The notes beneath the pieces are model-generated. The model had not been told where the DNA came from. It searched no databases and saw only the letters and a program-made list of their open reading frames with translations. From IMG/VR virus record IMGVR_UViG_3300049617_000207, positions 1 through 64,000 of that record: a stretch of DNA of 64,000 nucleotides; one strand, written 5' to 3'. Numbering within the stretch: the first letter of the stretch is position 1; each line of letters opens with the position of its first letter. The translations under genes were made by a program, and so were the position numbers. Positions 24,843 to 37,041 of the stretch are shown here, piece after piece. Source of the stretch: a virus.

Positions 24843-25713
24843 GTGGCCGACCATGACGCCGTCATCGAGGCCGTGCAGCGCGGCCTCGCCCGGATCGTCG
24901 TACGCGACGGCGAGCTTTGCGTCGAGCAGACTCCCGAAGGCCGCATGGTCCTCGACGCGTACGCACGAAAAACCGGCGTCCCGTGCCTGCGCTGCGGCCG
25001 GGCGTATCCGGGGATCGGGACACTTCCGAAGTATTCTCTTTGTAGCGACTGTCGCAAGGCCCTCGGGCACGTGCGTTTCTATATGGAAAGGCCCCGCCGA
25101 TGAACGAAGCCGACCTGCTGCCCGCGGCGCTCAACGCGATCCACGAGGCCCACGGCACGCCGTCAACGGTCTGCCCGTGGCTCAACCGGCTCCTGCGCGA
25201 GTATCCCGACGCGTCGCGTCGCGGCCTCATGTGGCTCTTGGCCGAGCACGAGGCGGGCGAGCCGACGCACCTGGCCGCCTGCAAGCAATACGCGTGAGCG
25301 ACGAGCGCGTCTCGAACGACGACATCCGCGCGATGTTCGACGCCTTCGGCCGCTCGGGCGACGTCGAGGTGCAAGACATCGACGGCGACCCGTACGCCGC
25401 GCGGATCGTCGCGAAGGAAGGCGTCGCGCTCTGCGACTTCTGCTCCTCGCGCGACGTCGTCGTTGCCTTCCTCACGCCGCCGAGCGACGTCGTCGGTACG
25501 ACCATCGACGCCGCGTGGCCCGGCCGCCGTCACCGCTCGGAAGCGAATTGGGCGGCCTGCGCGCCGTGCAAGGAACGCATCGAGCGCAAGGATCGGCGCG
25601 GCCTCGTCGACCGAGCCGAGCGGAGCTTCACGATCCGCTACGGCCGCACGCCGGGCTTGCGCGCGCACGTCACGGAGATGCACGACGCGTTTTGGGCGGT
25701 CTTCAAGGATTAG
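24843..25713 (+). other. three coupled small hypothetical CDSs (24843-25103, 25100-25297, 25294-25713)
   Basis: Overlapping stop/start codons; CxxC pairs. Confidence 0.55.
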
Positions 25714-26614
25714 TGCCGCCGGTATGCGTCCGCTGCTTGCACCCGCCGCACATCGACGCCGCCTGTCCGGCGCAGACGATAGCCGGAAGCGGCGTGCCGC
25801 GGCCGTGCGGCTGCTTACTCTTTCCCGCGCACACCTGGCTGCCCGCCACGACCAGGCCCGATTGCCCCGACTGCGTGACCGGCTACGCCTCGGGTCCGGC
25901 CTGGCAACACTCCTACCATTGCATTGCCGGGGAGGGTCCGACGTGTCCAAGTTGTTTCGCGTGCCTGTGCGAGATGCCGACCTGTTCAAGCCCGTGCCGA
26001 TGCGGTTGGAGAGCGTGGATCGGGGCCGTCGCGCCCGCCTGCGGCTCGTAACGCTCGGCCTGGGCGTCATCGTGGCCGGGCTCCTCGCGCCGGTGGCCTG
26101 GGCCTTCCTACGCGCCCTTGCGCACGTGGCCGTCGCGTGCCGGTAATCAAAACGATCCGCAACGGGGACGGCTGTTGGCCGGACCTCACGGACATCGGCG
26201 CGCGCATGAAAGACGGCCGGGTCATCCACCTCGGTAACGGCGCGCCTGCGATACAAATGGCGCTGCTCAAGGCGGGCATGGGAAGCGGCAAGGCGAGCGT
26301 GACGATCCGGCTCGACTTGCCCGACGGCCGCGTCGTGCTCGCCGAGACGAGCCTTTCGCTCCTCGTGACCGCCGTCGACGTACTCAAGGCAATGGACGAC
26401 TCGTGAGCGCGCCCGTCTATATGCGGCACTCGAAATTCTTTGCGGGCGACGACGTGCCGACGTTGTTTTGCGTCGAGGACTTCTGTACGCGACCGGCCGA
26501 GATGCTCGAATTCACGAACGTCCCGCTCACGTTTGAAGAGTTCGTGGCGATGTCGACCGGCAACGCCTGGTGCCAGGACTGTTGGGCGCGCGTACGGCCG
26601 TACGAAGCTCCGCC

Positions 26615-26866
26615 GTGAGCGACGACGCGGAGTGGCACGAGAGCGTCGACCATCCGGCGCACTACAATATGATACCGGCCACCTGCGCGAATTGCGGTCA
26701 CGGGATCGAGTGCATCGACGTCGTCGAGCACCTTAGCTTCGGCATCGGAAATGCCATTAAGTACCTGTGGCGCGCTGACTTCAAGGGCGACGCGCTCGCC
26801 GACCTCCGCAAAGCCGCCTGGTACATTGCTCGGGAAACGGCACGACGTGAAAAGGAGAACGTATGA
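26615..26866 (+). CDS. DUF3310 family protein
   Basis: VDHPAHY...IECIDVV...GNAIKYLWRA..KG...DLRKAAWY. Confidence 0.88.
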   Translation: MSDDAEWHESVDHPAHYNMIPATCANCGHGIECIDVVEHLSFGIGNAIKYLWRADFKGDALADLRKAAWYIARETARREKENV

Positions 26867-27432
26867 CCCTACAAGAGCGAGCCCGCGCGAACCCCTGGGG
26901 CAACGCGACGGACGGCGGCCTCCGCCAATTCGAGCGGCGTCCCGGCGGGATCGTCGTCGGGTTATCACTCAATTTTTGACGGGACGCGATGGAAGGCCGA
27001 CCTGTATGGTTGGCATCACTCTCGCGACGCGACGCAAGCGATGCGATTCTCGCCACCGGCACGTGGTCGAAGCGCGAGCGTAAGCGCCTTATCGCCTACC
27101 TGCGAAGCGACGTCCTCGCCGGGGTCGGTGATCCGAGCGTCGAGCGCGTGTTCCGCATGAATTCAACTCTGTGCGTCCACCGGCTCTGCACGGCCGAGGA
27201 AGCCGCGTACGCCATGTCGATGTGGGCCGGGGTGACGCACCGCGACCTCGCCGGGCAGCCGGTCGAGGTGATCGAGGAGGTTGGGTGTACGAGCGCGCTC
27301 TCGACCCGGCCGTGCGACGAGCCGCTTCACGAGGTCATCATCCCCGACCGGCCCGACCTGTGGGTGCCGCGCGATTGCGGCTCCTGCCCGTCGTGCGTGG
27401 CGCGTTGCCAATACGACGCACCTACACCTTGA
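26863..27432 (+). CDS. hypothetical protein with one in-frame TGA (26977-26979)
   Basis: AAGGAG RBS and ATGA-coupled start at 26863, in frame with ORF 26989-27432. Confidence 0.5.
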
Positions 27433-27462
27433 CTTTCCCGCGCGCGTGATGTAGAGTTGTGC

Positions 27463-27602
27463 GACAAGACGCCCGCCGGGGACTCATGAGCCCGCGGCGG
27501 CAACCTGGAATCCGCTAATAGAATGGCATGTCGCGAGTGTCATGAGGCGTCTCACGGAATCCCAAGGAAGGCCCGCCCCAATAAAGAAGGGGCGGGCCTT
27601 CT
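27463..27602 (+). ncRNA. candidate structured small RNA
   Basis: Promoter 27429-27457, no substantial ORF, nested inverted repeats, 13-bp terminal hairpin 27567-27601. Confidence 0.4.
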
Positions 27603-27606
27603 GCGT

Positions 27607-28857
27607 TTAATGCTTCGGTGCGGTAATTTCGTCCGGCAGCGTCTTGGATCGCACGTCGAGTTGCCGGTTATATTCGTTGTAACAGGCGAGCCGTAAGTCA
27701 CGGTCGTCGAGCCCGCGTAAGTCGAACCCGCGCTCGAACGCCGCACGCACCCACGAGGCGACCTCTTCGTCGCGATAGTCGCGAGCGGCCTTGAGACGAG
27801 CGGCGGTGCCGTCGTCAATAATCACGGAGATGCCAGGCAGAGAAGAAACCCCGAAAGTGCTTTAGCGAGAACGAACCCGGCGCACCCGACACCGAGAGCG
27901 ATACTCGATTGGACAACCGGCGCCGGAGTCCCCTGATACGCGCGCAGATCGAAGATAATCGTACGCGCGAGGCCGGTTAGGCCGATAGCGACTAACACCG
28001 TGCCTGCGCCATAGAGCACGACGCAGCCGACGATGTCGAGTAGCATCACGTCCGCAGGATCGGGCCGCGCGCCCCCACGATCCGCCGCGCGGGGTCCTGT
28101 TGCATGGCCCCTAGCTCCTGGGCGACACGCTTGGCCTCGGCCTGCTGCGCGGCAAAGGCATCGAGTCGCCGCTTGGCTTCGGTCGCGCCGAGTTGCTCGA
28201 TGAACAAGACCTTGTCGGAGTGGTACGAGAACCGCTGCCCGTTATCGGTTTGGAACGTGAACGCGCGCCGGTGCGGGGTCGCCCAAGCCGCAACGACGGC
28301 GTCCGTCGCGGCCTCCGAGCCGAGTGAATACATCATCGCCGTATTGCCTTCGCCGATGATAAGTTGGATGTGCGTGAGCGGCTCGGGCGCGCCGGTGTCC
28401 TCGATCATCGCACGAACCACGACGCCGGGAGCTTCACGCGTTCGGTTGCGCTACAGACGGTGTTGCCGTCGTTGCGCCAATCGTAGACGGGCGTGAGCGC
28501 CTTACACACGAAGTAGGTGGGCGCTCCGGCCTGGGCCGGTGGCTCTATCGCGAGGATTTCGACGTAGCCGTTGGAGGGGAATTTCCGCCCTGGTATCGGC
28601 TGAAAGACGCGGCACGTATCGCCCGCCTTCCACCCGGCCCACGCGACCTCGGCCTTCGGGTCGACCCGCGGATCGGTGAGGGCGCCGCGTGAGGTTTTGA
28701 ACGAGACCACTAGCTCGATCCCGCCCGGCCGTTCGTCGAGGACGACCTCGGCGGCCACTCGGCGGCCGTTGACGTAGAGCGCGAAGTCCTGATCGGCGAG
28801 CTTCGAGCTTGCCTTCGAGTCGGGAACCGGGGTCGTTGCCGCCGCGCGTGAGAACAT
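27607..28857 (-). other. four coupled small hypothetical CDSs (27607-27825, 27822-28049 membrane, 28046-28420, 28405-28857)
   Basis: Overlapping ORFs converging on the 27567 hairpin. Confidence 0.55.
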
Positions 28858-30121
28858 ATCGGGGTGCAGCCTTCCTTGACTTTCCAGCGCGCATCCCGTA
28901 TCCTTGGGAGGTGGCCTGCGCGGGGCTGCACTCCCCTTTTCCCCCCGCGCGCTAGAAACCTGTTAGGAGCCCACGTGAACCCTCGCCCCGACTGCGAAAT
29001 GCGCATCCGCCCCGACTGCCAAGAGGAAGCCGCCTACGTGACCGCACAAGGGGCCGGGGGTGACACCTACGCGTGTGGTCCCTGCATGAACGCCGCCGAA
29101 GACGTCGAGCCGGGCGATTGGGTCGCGCTCACCGAGTTGGCTCCGTGGGCGCTCCCGTAACCGTGCGGAAGACCGCGCAGCCGACGCTCGAAAAGCTCTT
29201 CGCCGACATCCCGCCAGGCGACCAAGTCCGCATAACGGTGACACGGAGCGGCTACAAGGACGACTACCACATCGAGATTGCGGCGCACCGCGGCTCGGGC
29301 ACGAAGGCGCCCATCCACGTGAAGTCCGGCGTCTACACGAGCGCGCACGCCGGATCGCCGCAGCAGGCGTTCGCGCTCGCCGTCGACTCACTCGCGAAGG
29401 TCCGCGCGCTGCGTGCCGAAAGCGACGCAGCCTTCCGCGCAGACTACGGCTTCCTCCCCGACGACAACCCCGCCGCCGATGGCTAACGCCGACACGTGCG
29501 CACACGAGCACCTCGTTGCAGCCGGGCAATGCTCGACCATTGCCTCGGACTGCTATTTCGAGTGCGACCGCGAGCCGGGCCATACGACCCCGCACGGCGC
29601 GCCCTGCTACGACGACGACGGCGAGCACGTACTACACGTCCACGAGTGGCCCCGTGGCTAACCCATTCGCGCAGGCCGCCGGGAAGTGGGTCTTCACGTG
29701 CGAGACGTGCGGCCACGTCGAGAAGCGCAAGCTTAAGCGCGCCGTCGTGCTCGCGGCGACGCAGCACGAACGCGCGTGCTCGGCCGATGCCCTTAGCGCG
29801 CAAGTCGCGAAGCTCCGAGGCGAAGCCGGTGGATGATCCCATAACGCGCGTCGCGCTCGCACGCTGCCCGCATTGCAACGAACCGTATGACGCCATCACG
29901 CCGGTCGAGGGCGACAAGCGGCCCGAACCCGGCAGCGTCTCGCTTTGCATGGTCTGCGGATTCCCCGAAGTCTTCGGCCCCTCGATGATCCGCCGCCCGT
30001 TATCGTACGCCGAATTCGAGGGAATGGACCCTGAAGACAAGCGTACGATCCTGGTGGCAAACGCCGCGCGCTTCCTCGCGATGCTCCAATACGGCCCGCG
30101 TCATCACTCGAAGCAGCGCAC

Positions 30122-30496
30122 GTGATGCCCGACTTAGCGACGGTGTCGATGCGCGAGTGCGCGAGCCTGTACGGCGTCTTCGTCGTGCGCTCGCAAAACA
30201 AGAAGAGCACCTCCACCTACGAAGTCGCGTTCTCCCGCGGCAACCCCGGCCCCTATGAGGTTAACGGCTCCTGCACGTGTCCCGCGTTCACGTTCCGCAA
30301 GGACGAGCGCGATTGCAAGCACATCGCCGACGTCGTGCTGCACGCGTGCCAATGGACCGAGCACGCCGGGCGCCTCTCCCCTGATCCCGTGGAATTTCTC
30401 ATGCCGGACACCTTTAGCGTGCGCGTTGACGCGGACACGGCGGATCGGTGCCCGGTGTGTGGCGGGCCGACCGTTAGCGCGATGGTGGGCGTGTGA
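30122..30496 (+). CDS. SWIM zinc-finger protein
   Basis: CTCPAFTFR...CKHI. Confidence 0.75.
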   Translation: MMPDLATVSMRECASLYGVFVVRSQNKKSTSTYEVAFSRGNPGPYEVNGSCTCPAFTFRKDERDCKHIADVVLHACQWTEHAGRLSPDPVEFLMPDTFSVRVDADTADRCPVCGGPTVSAMVGV

Positions 30497-30843
30497 AGAG
30501 CACGGACCCGTGCGCTTACAACTACGGCAAACGCGGCTGTCTCCAAACGCGCCAGCGCCACAAGACCGGCACGTTTAACCACGACTTCGTCAACCCGCGC
30601 CGCAAGCAGAGCGCGACCGTCTTCGGCCTCTTGCGACGCGTGCGGCTCACGTTCCGCGGCGACGGCCTGGTCGTACAAGGCGAGCGCGTGAACGACATCG
30701 AGGTGTTCGTCCCCGAAGCCGTCGTCGCGGCCCTCAAGCCCGGCGCCTTGGTGAAGGTCGAGAAGGGGCGCAGCGTCGAGATTGACACGGTGCAAGTGCT
30801 CGACGACGACGGCCGTATCCACATCGGGCCGGTCCCGCGATGA
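30493..30843 (+). CDS. hypothetical protein
   Basis: GTGA-coupled ORF. Confidence 0.55.
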   Translation: MKSTDPCAYNYGKRGCLQTRQRHKTGTFNHDFVNPRRKQSATVFGLLRRVRLTFRGDGLVVQGERVNDIEVFVPEAVVAALKPGALVKVEKGRSVEIDTVQVLDDDGRIHIGPVPR

Positions 30844-31926
30844 CGCGATGCCCGTGGCGCGTTTACGGATGACCTGCTGCCCCGGCTGCAACCCTCGCGG
30901 CTGCCATTGCCAGGAATGTTTCTGCCACCTCGACCGCCCGTGTTCAAAGCGCCCGTGGGTCGGATACCCACGCGAAGACGCTCCTGCGCGGCGTGACGCA
31001 CCGGCCCACAAAGGGCAACATTAACGCGATGCCTGTGCCCATGTCCGTTTACCTGCTGCGTATGCTCGCGCTCAAGAAGGACGCGACGCCGTATGAGTTA
31101 TTCGATATTCCCGCCGCCTCGCTCGGCGCGCCGAACCGCCTGCCTCGCGAGTACCTCGAAGCGGCCTACGCCGACCACATCGCCCGGATCGTGAACGCCT
31201 GCCGCGTGTTCCCAAGCGACGTGCAGCCCAAGGTGGCCGCAAGCCAAGTGGTAGAGTGGCTCGCCGAGCCCGGCTCGTGGTTCTACGTCGCGCGCATGTG
31301 CCGGTCGTGGAGCCGCGTGATCCTGGGCGACTATCTCGTCTTTGCGGACTTCTACACGTGCCACTACGGGATGATCGCCGACGTGTTAGCGGAGCTTGAC
31401 GGCGACTACGTGCTCGTCCGCGCCGCGGCGGCGGCGCGTTACGTCGACGCCTCGCGCCCTATCCTTGGGCCGGGGGACATCGTGTTTATGAGCGAAGGGC
31501 GCGAGCGTGGATAACGACGACCCCGACTTTCACACCTGCCGCTACTGCGGCAAGAACCTCACGCCGGAGAATGAGCCGATTGGCGTGATACCCGTGCGCG
31601 TTGCGCTCGATCCCGACGCCGCGAATTTCGGCACGGTATCCGCCTGCACGCCCTGTTGGGAGCAGATAACGGCGAACGACCCACGCGAGCCCGTACGGCT
31701 GCGCTGGACGCCGCTGCCACCGCCGCCCGCGCGCGTATTCCCCGACCGTATCCGCGAACGCGCCACACGGCCGCCGTTCCACGGGTGGCCGCTCTCGGTT
31801 CGCAAAGACGCGTTGCCTTCCTCCGACCCGCCGCCGCGCAAAAGGACTATACGATAACGCGGCGATACAGTTCCTTACCCCTTATCACTTCAAGCCGAGC
31901 ACTTTCTAGCGTGCTCAAAGGAAGTA

Positions 31927-32430
31927 GTGCTACCCATGCAAACAGGACCGACGAGATACCCCGGCCTTCGCGAGAACCTCACAAAGAAGTTTAAGGACCA
32001 TCCGCAGCACGCCTTTGCCGTAACGGACCTCTGCAAGTCCTTTCAGGGCATCACAAATAGCAATCTCTCGTATCATTGCAAACAAATGGTGAAGCACGGC
32101 GTGCTCACCGTTCCGAAGCCGGGCTTCTATCAGTTAAACGCCACGAAGCCAAAGTCCAGCGAACAAATACGAGCCGAAGTCGCAGCGCAACCCTCACGAG
32201 TCGTCCAATCGCAAGAGTCCTTCCAGCACGGCAAAGAGAATGGCATAAAACCCGTCGACACCCTGTGGACGAAGTTGCTTACAAAGCAACTCGATTCGAT
32301 TTTAGCCCGCATGGATAGCGAGCTTCCCGCGAAGGCGCTCTTCATGGTCGCGGATCGCGATGCCTTAACCGAGATGCTAAACCTCGCTATCTCGCGACGG
32401 CCGATGCTGCCAAACACCGTCGAGGTGTGA
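31927..32430 (+). CDS. putative winged-helix protein (lower GC)
   Basis: NLSYHCKQMVKHGVL..PKPGFYQL pattern. Confidence 0.5.
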   Translation: MLPMQTGPTRYPGLRENLTKKFKDHPQHAFAVTDLCKSFQGITNSNLSYHCKQMVKHGVLTVPKPGFYQLNATKPKSSEQIRAEVAAQPSRVVQSQESFQHGKENGIKPVDTLWTKLLTKQLDSILARMDSELPAKALFMVADRDALTEMLNLAISRRPMLPNTVEV

Positions 32431-32590
32431 TACAGGTTGGCGGCGAGTATGTTTGCGCCTGCGTGGTTCCCCTACCGCCGTATCATCGTCTCGCAGACGA
32501 CGTGACCGCCGCCTGCATGTGCGTGTGTCACCTGGGCGCCTGCGACTTCGCGCGGTGCGCAGCGCACGCGAAGACCAAGTCGTAAAACGC

Positions 32591-32627
32591 GAGAGGCCGC
32601 CCGTCGCAAAACCGGGCGGCCTCTCTT
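32591..32627. terminator. hairpin between convergent blocks
   Basis: GAGAGGCCGCCCG...CGGGCGGCCTCTC-TTT. Confidence 0.7.
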
Positions 32628-32692
32628 TGATCGGTTCGCACTCTATCCGGGCCATAGTCACGTGGGATGCCTATGAGGATTTATTGCCTTCG

Positions 32693-33016
32693 TTATACGC
32701 CGTCGTAGCCCTTGTCCGGCGGCTTGTCAGGATCGGCGCCGGGAATCATCCACGGCGGGAGCGGCTCCGCGCGAAACCCCTCGTCGAGCATGCCCTGCCG
32801 CGTGAGTTGCTCGCGCCGGGCGAGGTGGTACTGATCCACGTAGGACAAGAGCGCCGCCTGATACTCCTTCGCGGCTTTTAGCTCGGCCTTCGCACCGTCG
32901 TACGCGCGCTCCGCGCGGTCGCGCTCGCGGTTGGCCGCAAAGAGCTTCGCGAGCGCATCGTCGGGCGAGGCGATTTCGACGTTCGTGATTTGATACGGCG
33001 GGTTGTTTTGCGGCAA
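32693..33016 (-). CDS. hypothetical coiled-coil protein
   Basis: GGAGG RBS, TTG start. Confidence 0.6.
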   Translation of the reverse strand: MPQNNPPYQITNVEIASPDDALAKLFAANRERDRAERAYDGAKAELKAAKEYQAALLSYVDQYHLARREQLTRQGMLDEGFRAEPLPPWMIPGADPDKPPDKGYDGV

Positions 33017-33031
33017 GGGCGCCTCCGTGCG

Positions 33032-33346
33032 TTACGCGCGAGTGAGCTTGGCGATGGCCTCGGGTGCGACGACCGCAACGCCCGCGGCGACCGCGCCGAC
33101 GCCGCCCGTGGCAACCACCGGCACCGTGTTCGTTGGGATGATCGCCGCGGTCGTGCCCGGCGCAGGCGTCGGGTTGAGGAGCGTCCGCACCAGGCCCGCG
33201 ACTGAAGCAAGCGCCAGGCCGACCGCGACGATAAGCGCCGCGTGGCCGGGGAGGATGATCGCCACGGCGGCGCCGACGACGCCGAGCCCGCCACCGGCGA
33301 CGTAGGTCACGATTGCGAGGAGGTCGGCCGGGTGGCGCGATGTCAT
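33032..33346 (-). CDS. small membrane protein (holin candidate)
   Basis: Two hydrophobic segments; late motif at 33378 just upstream. Confidence 0.45.
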   Translation of the reverse strand: MTSRHPADLLAIVTYVAGGGLGVVGAAVAIILPGHAALIVAVGLALASVAGLVRTLLNPTPAPGTTAAIIPTNTVPVVATGGVGAVAAGVAVVAPEAIAKLTRA

Positions 33347-34345
33347 CGGTGGTACTCGGCGACGCGCGCGCGGATCGCCTGCTAGAGTTCGCGCGGAGAA
33401 CGTGCTAACATCGCGGCACTCGCCGGGCTCGCCTTCGCGACGCGCAGAGACCCTCACGGGTGAGTATGCCGAGGAGGCGGGGCGTACGACCGGCGGGAGC
33501 GACTTGGCAAGAGCCGTGAAAGCATCGAGGCCCCTGCAATGTGGGATCGCCTCGGACGCTCGGACGCCGCGCTGATCGGCGGTCGCGTGAGTCAGAGTGA
33601 AGCGAGGGGACGCTCTCGCGAAAGGCCGTGCGATACGACACGGAGAGCGCGCAGCGAGGCGGGGCGGGCGCGCACAAAAGGAGGCAAGCATTGGGCTACG
33701 CGCTCACGCGCGACCGGGTCGTCGCCAAGTGTCACATCGGGGAGGGCGCGCGCTGCTGCAAGTATCTCATGGCTGCGCTGCAAGGCTTCGAGTGCGCCGC
33801 GACCAACGTCACCGAGCGCGAGAGCATCGACGCGCGTGCCGCGAGCTTCACCGCCAAGAGCGGTCCCTGCGCGGACCCGAGCGACGCCACAAGCGAGGCG
33901 CGCGCGTACGAGCCGCCTTAGCCGTTCTTCACGGCGCACGACACGCAGCCGAACGTATCACCATCGCGCACCCATCCCAGGCTACCCGCTAACCGCTTCA
34001 CCGCGTCTTGCGGGTCGACGTCGTCGGGCGGATCGCGCGCGAGCGCCCCGATGAGCGCGAGCGCGCATGCCGGACATGTGAGCGGGCGCTGCGCGGGCAC
34101 GTAGAGCGCGCTCAACGGAGCGAACGTGGGCGGGCGGGCCTTACGCGAAGCCGTTGCGGTGCCGGGCAAGTGCCGCGGCGTGCCATTCTTCGAGGATCGG
34201 ATCGTAGACCGGCAGTTGCACGAGCGCCGGACGATAGCCCTGCGTGACGCCGACGACGAGCGCGGGCGGCACGTGTTCGGGCGCGGGATCGGGCGCGACG
34301 ACAACGGCCGTCGTGGGCTGCGTGAGCTTCACTCCCTTCGCCATG

Positions 34346-34954
34346 TTACGCGCCGCCTTTCATGACGTCGGGCTTTACGGTCGACGTCGCCGCCGCGGTC
34401 GCCGCCGGTGCCGGTCCACTCGCGAGGTACGGGCGGCCGGGCAGCGTGCGGTTTCCGGGCCGCACCTGGCCGCTCTGCGTATCGAACGTGACACCGGCGG
34501 AGGTGCCGGGGTGTCCGGCGGCAACCGCGATGGTGCCGCCGTCGCTCAAGGTTGGCGGCGCAGGCCGTCCGGCGAGCGCCGCGTCCGCGGCGGCGACCTT
34601 CCGTGCGCCTGCGCCAAAGAGGTACGCGCGCGCATGTGCGGCGGTCGAGATAACCGCCTGGGCGACGCGTTCGTAGACGGGGCCGCCCGCCTGCGGGACG
34701 ATCCCCGACGGCAGCGTCGCGGGCTTGACGGCCTCGTCGGCGGCCTCGGGCTCTTCTTCTGCGGGTGCCGGAGCGGGCTCGGGCGGTGCCTGATCGGCGA
34801 TGGCCTCGGTCGGCGTCGTTGCCGTGACGGGCGGCGGCGCATCGGGCGGGAACGTGCCCCCGTGCGCTTCCACCTCTGCGCGAGCCGCGGCCTCGGCGTC
34901 CGTGTGGGCCTGCGCGGCGCGCTCGGCTTCGAGCGCCTGCTGTTCCTGTTCCAT
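34346..34954 (-). CDS. Ala/Pro-rich hypothetical protein
   Basis: AAGGAGG RBS. Confidence 0.6.
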   Translation of the reverse strand: MEQEQQALEAERAAQAHTDAEAAARAEVEAHGGTFPPDAPPPVTATTPTEAIADQAPPEPAPAPAEEEPEAADEAVKPATLPSGIVPQAGGPVYERVAQAVISTAAHARAYLFGAGARKVAAADAALAGRPAPPTLSDGGTIAVAAGHPGTSAGVTFDTQSGQVRPGNRTLPGRPYLASGPAPAATAAATSTVKPDVMKGGA

Positions 34955-35231
34955 GTCGCCTCCTTGCGTTTACGATCCGAGTGCGCGCGCCGTCCTCATT
35001 GCACCTGCTTGACTAAGGCGTACTGTGCGAGCACCTCGAAGTGATGGGACTGCGTCTCGTGGCGCCGCAGCCACCCGAGATGCGACGCGCACGTGAAGCG
35101 CGCGCCGCACTCCTGGCAGAGCACGACGGCTACCGGATACTCGTGACACGTCGCGTAAAAGCACGCGTAGTCGACGCCGCGGTGCATCGTGACGTCGCCG
35201 GTCATACGCGTCGTCTTTTCCTCGCTCGACC

Positions 35232-36785
35232 TCATACGTCAAGCATACCCCGAAAGAGCCGCACGAGTAGGTAGCGTCCGGCATCCATCGCGTGATCGTC
35301 GCTCTTGACCGGCCGCTCGTCGATATTCTTATCGTCTTTCTCGTCGGGGTGGTGGTACTTCTTTATCTCGCGGATCGTGTTGACGCACCTGCGCGCGATA
35401 TACAGAATGGGCCGCCTGCGTCCCATTGGCTTGAGCGCCCACCGCACGACCGAGATACCGCCGACCACGTTGGGGAGGTTATTGATGAGCGCATGCTTAT
35501 TCGCGGGCTCCGTCTGCACGCCGAGCGCCGCGAGCGTGGCCGCGTCACCGGCGTCGTGATCGGCCACGCGCCACGCCGTGTTCGTGAACCAGGGCTCGGC
35601 GATGATCGAGCGGGCGAAGACGTCGGCCGTGCGGCCCGAGGCGTAGTCCTCGGCAAAGATGATGACGTCGTCGCTCGGGGTCGGCTGCGCGTAGAGCGCG
35701 ACGCACGGATTCGTGTAGCCGAAGTCGATGCCCGAGACCACGGGGAAGGCCGGGTTGTAGTCGTAGTCGACGACGTGGAGCTTCTCGTCGAACATCGGAT
35801 AGGCGAGGCCCTTCGTGTCGGGCCGCAGCGAGAGCCATTGCGAATTCCACACGGACTCGTCCATGCGGAGATACTTGTGAATGACGTCGTCAATGGGCAT
35901 CCACCCGTGCGAGCGCGACGCGCGGCCGGGGCCGGGCACGTAATGCTCGACGCCGTTCACGTCGGTCGTTTTCGCGCGGCACGTGGCTTCAAGTTGGCAT
36001 GATCCGCAACCCGTGGGCGCGCCGTCCTGGTGACGCTCCGGCGGGCAGTTCTCAATAATTTCCCACACGCACCAAAAGTAGCGGCGCAAGTCACTCGCTT
36101 CTTCGAGTAACTGCTCCATCGGGCCGTACGCCTTCTTGCGGCTCGACGTGTAGATCGTCGCGGGCGGGTTGCCATTCGTGCGCACCGGCATGCTCAGACC
36201 TTCTTGAATTATCGTCCAGGATGTTAGCTCGATTTCGTCCCAATGCGCGCGCTCGGGATGCGGCGAGTTCACGCGGTTCATCGTTGCGGGCATAATCTCG
36301 ACTTCACCGCCGTTGCGTAGCGTCGTCTTCGAGATGAGCGACTCGCCCCGCACATCGTTACGGAATTCCGGCAGCGCAAGAAAGCCCGTGATGTATTTGT
36401 AGCACTTCTTCGCCTGCTCTTCGATGGCGCCGATGTTGGCGATGGTCGTGCCGAAGTGCTTCATCATGAGATGATCGAGCAGCGCGAATTGCACGGTTTT
36501 GCCGCCCGTTCGCGGGCCAACCCATATCGCATCGAGCACGACGCGAAAGAACGCATCGGCCAGCGCATCGAACGGGGAGCAATGCCCGTCGCACACGGCC
36601 ACGCGTGGGATCGTGTAGCCGTAGTGCTCTTGGATGTAGAGGTGCAGGTCGTCGCGGTCCTGCGGCGGGAGCGCGGCGGAGAGGACCGCGTACGATTCGG
36701 CAAGGGCTTTGACGTATTCGATTTCGTCATCCGTGACCACCAGGGCGGCTCCTTTTACGGTTCGAGTTCGTCCGCGTTGACCCAC
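35232..36785 (-). CDS. terL: terminase large subunit
   Basis: GPRTGGKT Walker A, HWDEIE Walker B, GIDFGYTNP and DDHAMDAGRY nuclease motifs. Confidence 0.92.
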   Translation of the reverse strand: MGQRGRTRTVKGAALVVTDDEIEYVKALAESYAVLSAALPPQDRDDLHLYIQEHYGYTIPRVAVCDGHCSPFDALADAFFRVVLDAIWVGPRTGGKTVQFALLDHLMMKHFGTTIANIGAIEEQAKKCYKYITGFLALPEFRNDVRGESLISKTTLRNGGEVEIMPATMNRVNSPHPERAHWDEIELTSWTIIQEGLSMPVRTNGNPPATIYTSSRKKAYGPMEQLLEEASDLRRYFWCVWEIIENCPPERHQDGAPTGCGSCQLEATCRAKTTDVNGVEHYVPGPGRASRSHGWMPIDDVIHKYLRMDESVWNSQWLSLRPDTKGLAYPMFDEKLHVVDYDYNPAFPVVSGIDFGYTNPCVALYAQPTPSDDVIIFAEDYASGRTADVFARSIIAEPWFTNTAWRVADHDAGDAATLAALGVQTEPANKHALINNLPNVVGGISVVRWALKPMGRRRPILYIARRCVNTIREIKKYHHPDEKDDKNIDERPVKSDDHAMDAGRYLLVRLFRGMLDV

Positions 36786-37041
36786 CCGCTCACGCCGCGG
36801 GTTCGCCCGGCGAGTGACCGCACGCGCACGAAGCGGCCTTTACATTCAAGCGTGACGACCTGCCTATCGTTATCCGCCACCCTCGCGCGCCGCAGGATTT
36901 GCGATGGGCTCGGCCACTCACCCGCATCGTATTCTTCGAGGTTCTCCTGCGAGTTCCAGATAAGCACGTACGGCGCGCTATGTGACATGCCTGAAATATG
37001 CGCGGGTGCGCCGACCGCGCATGCAAGAACGGTCGCGACGA

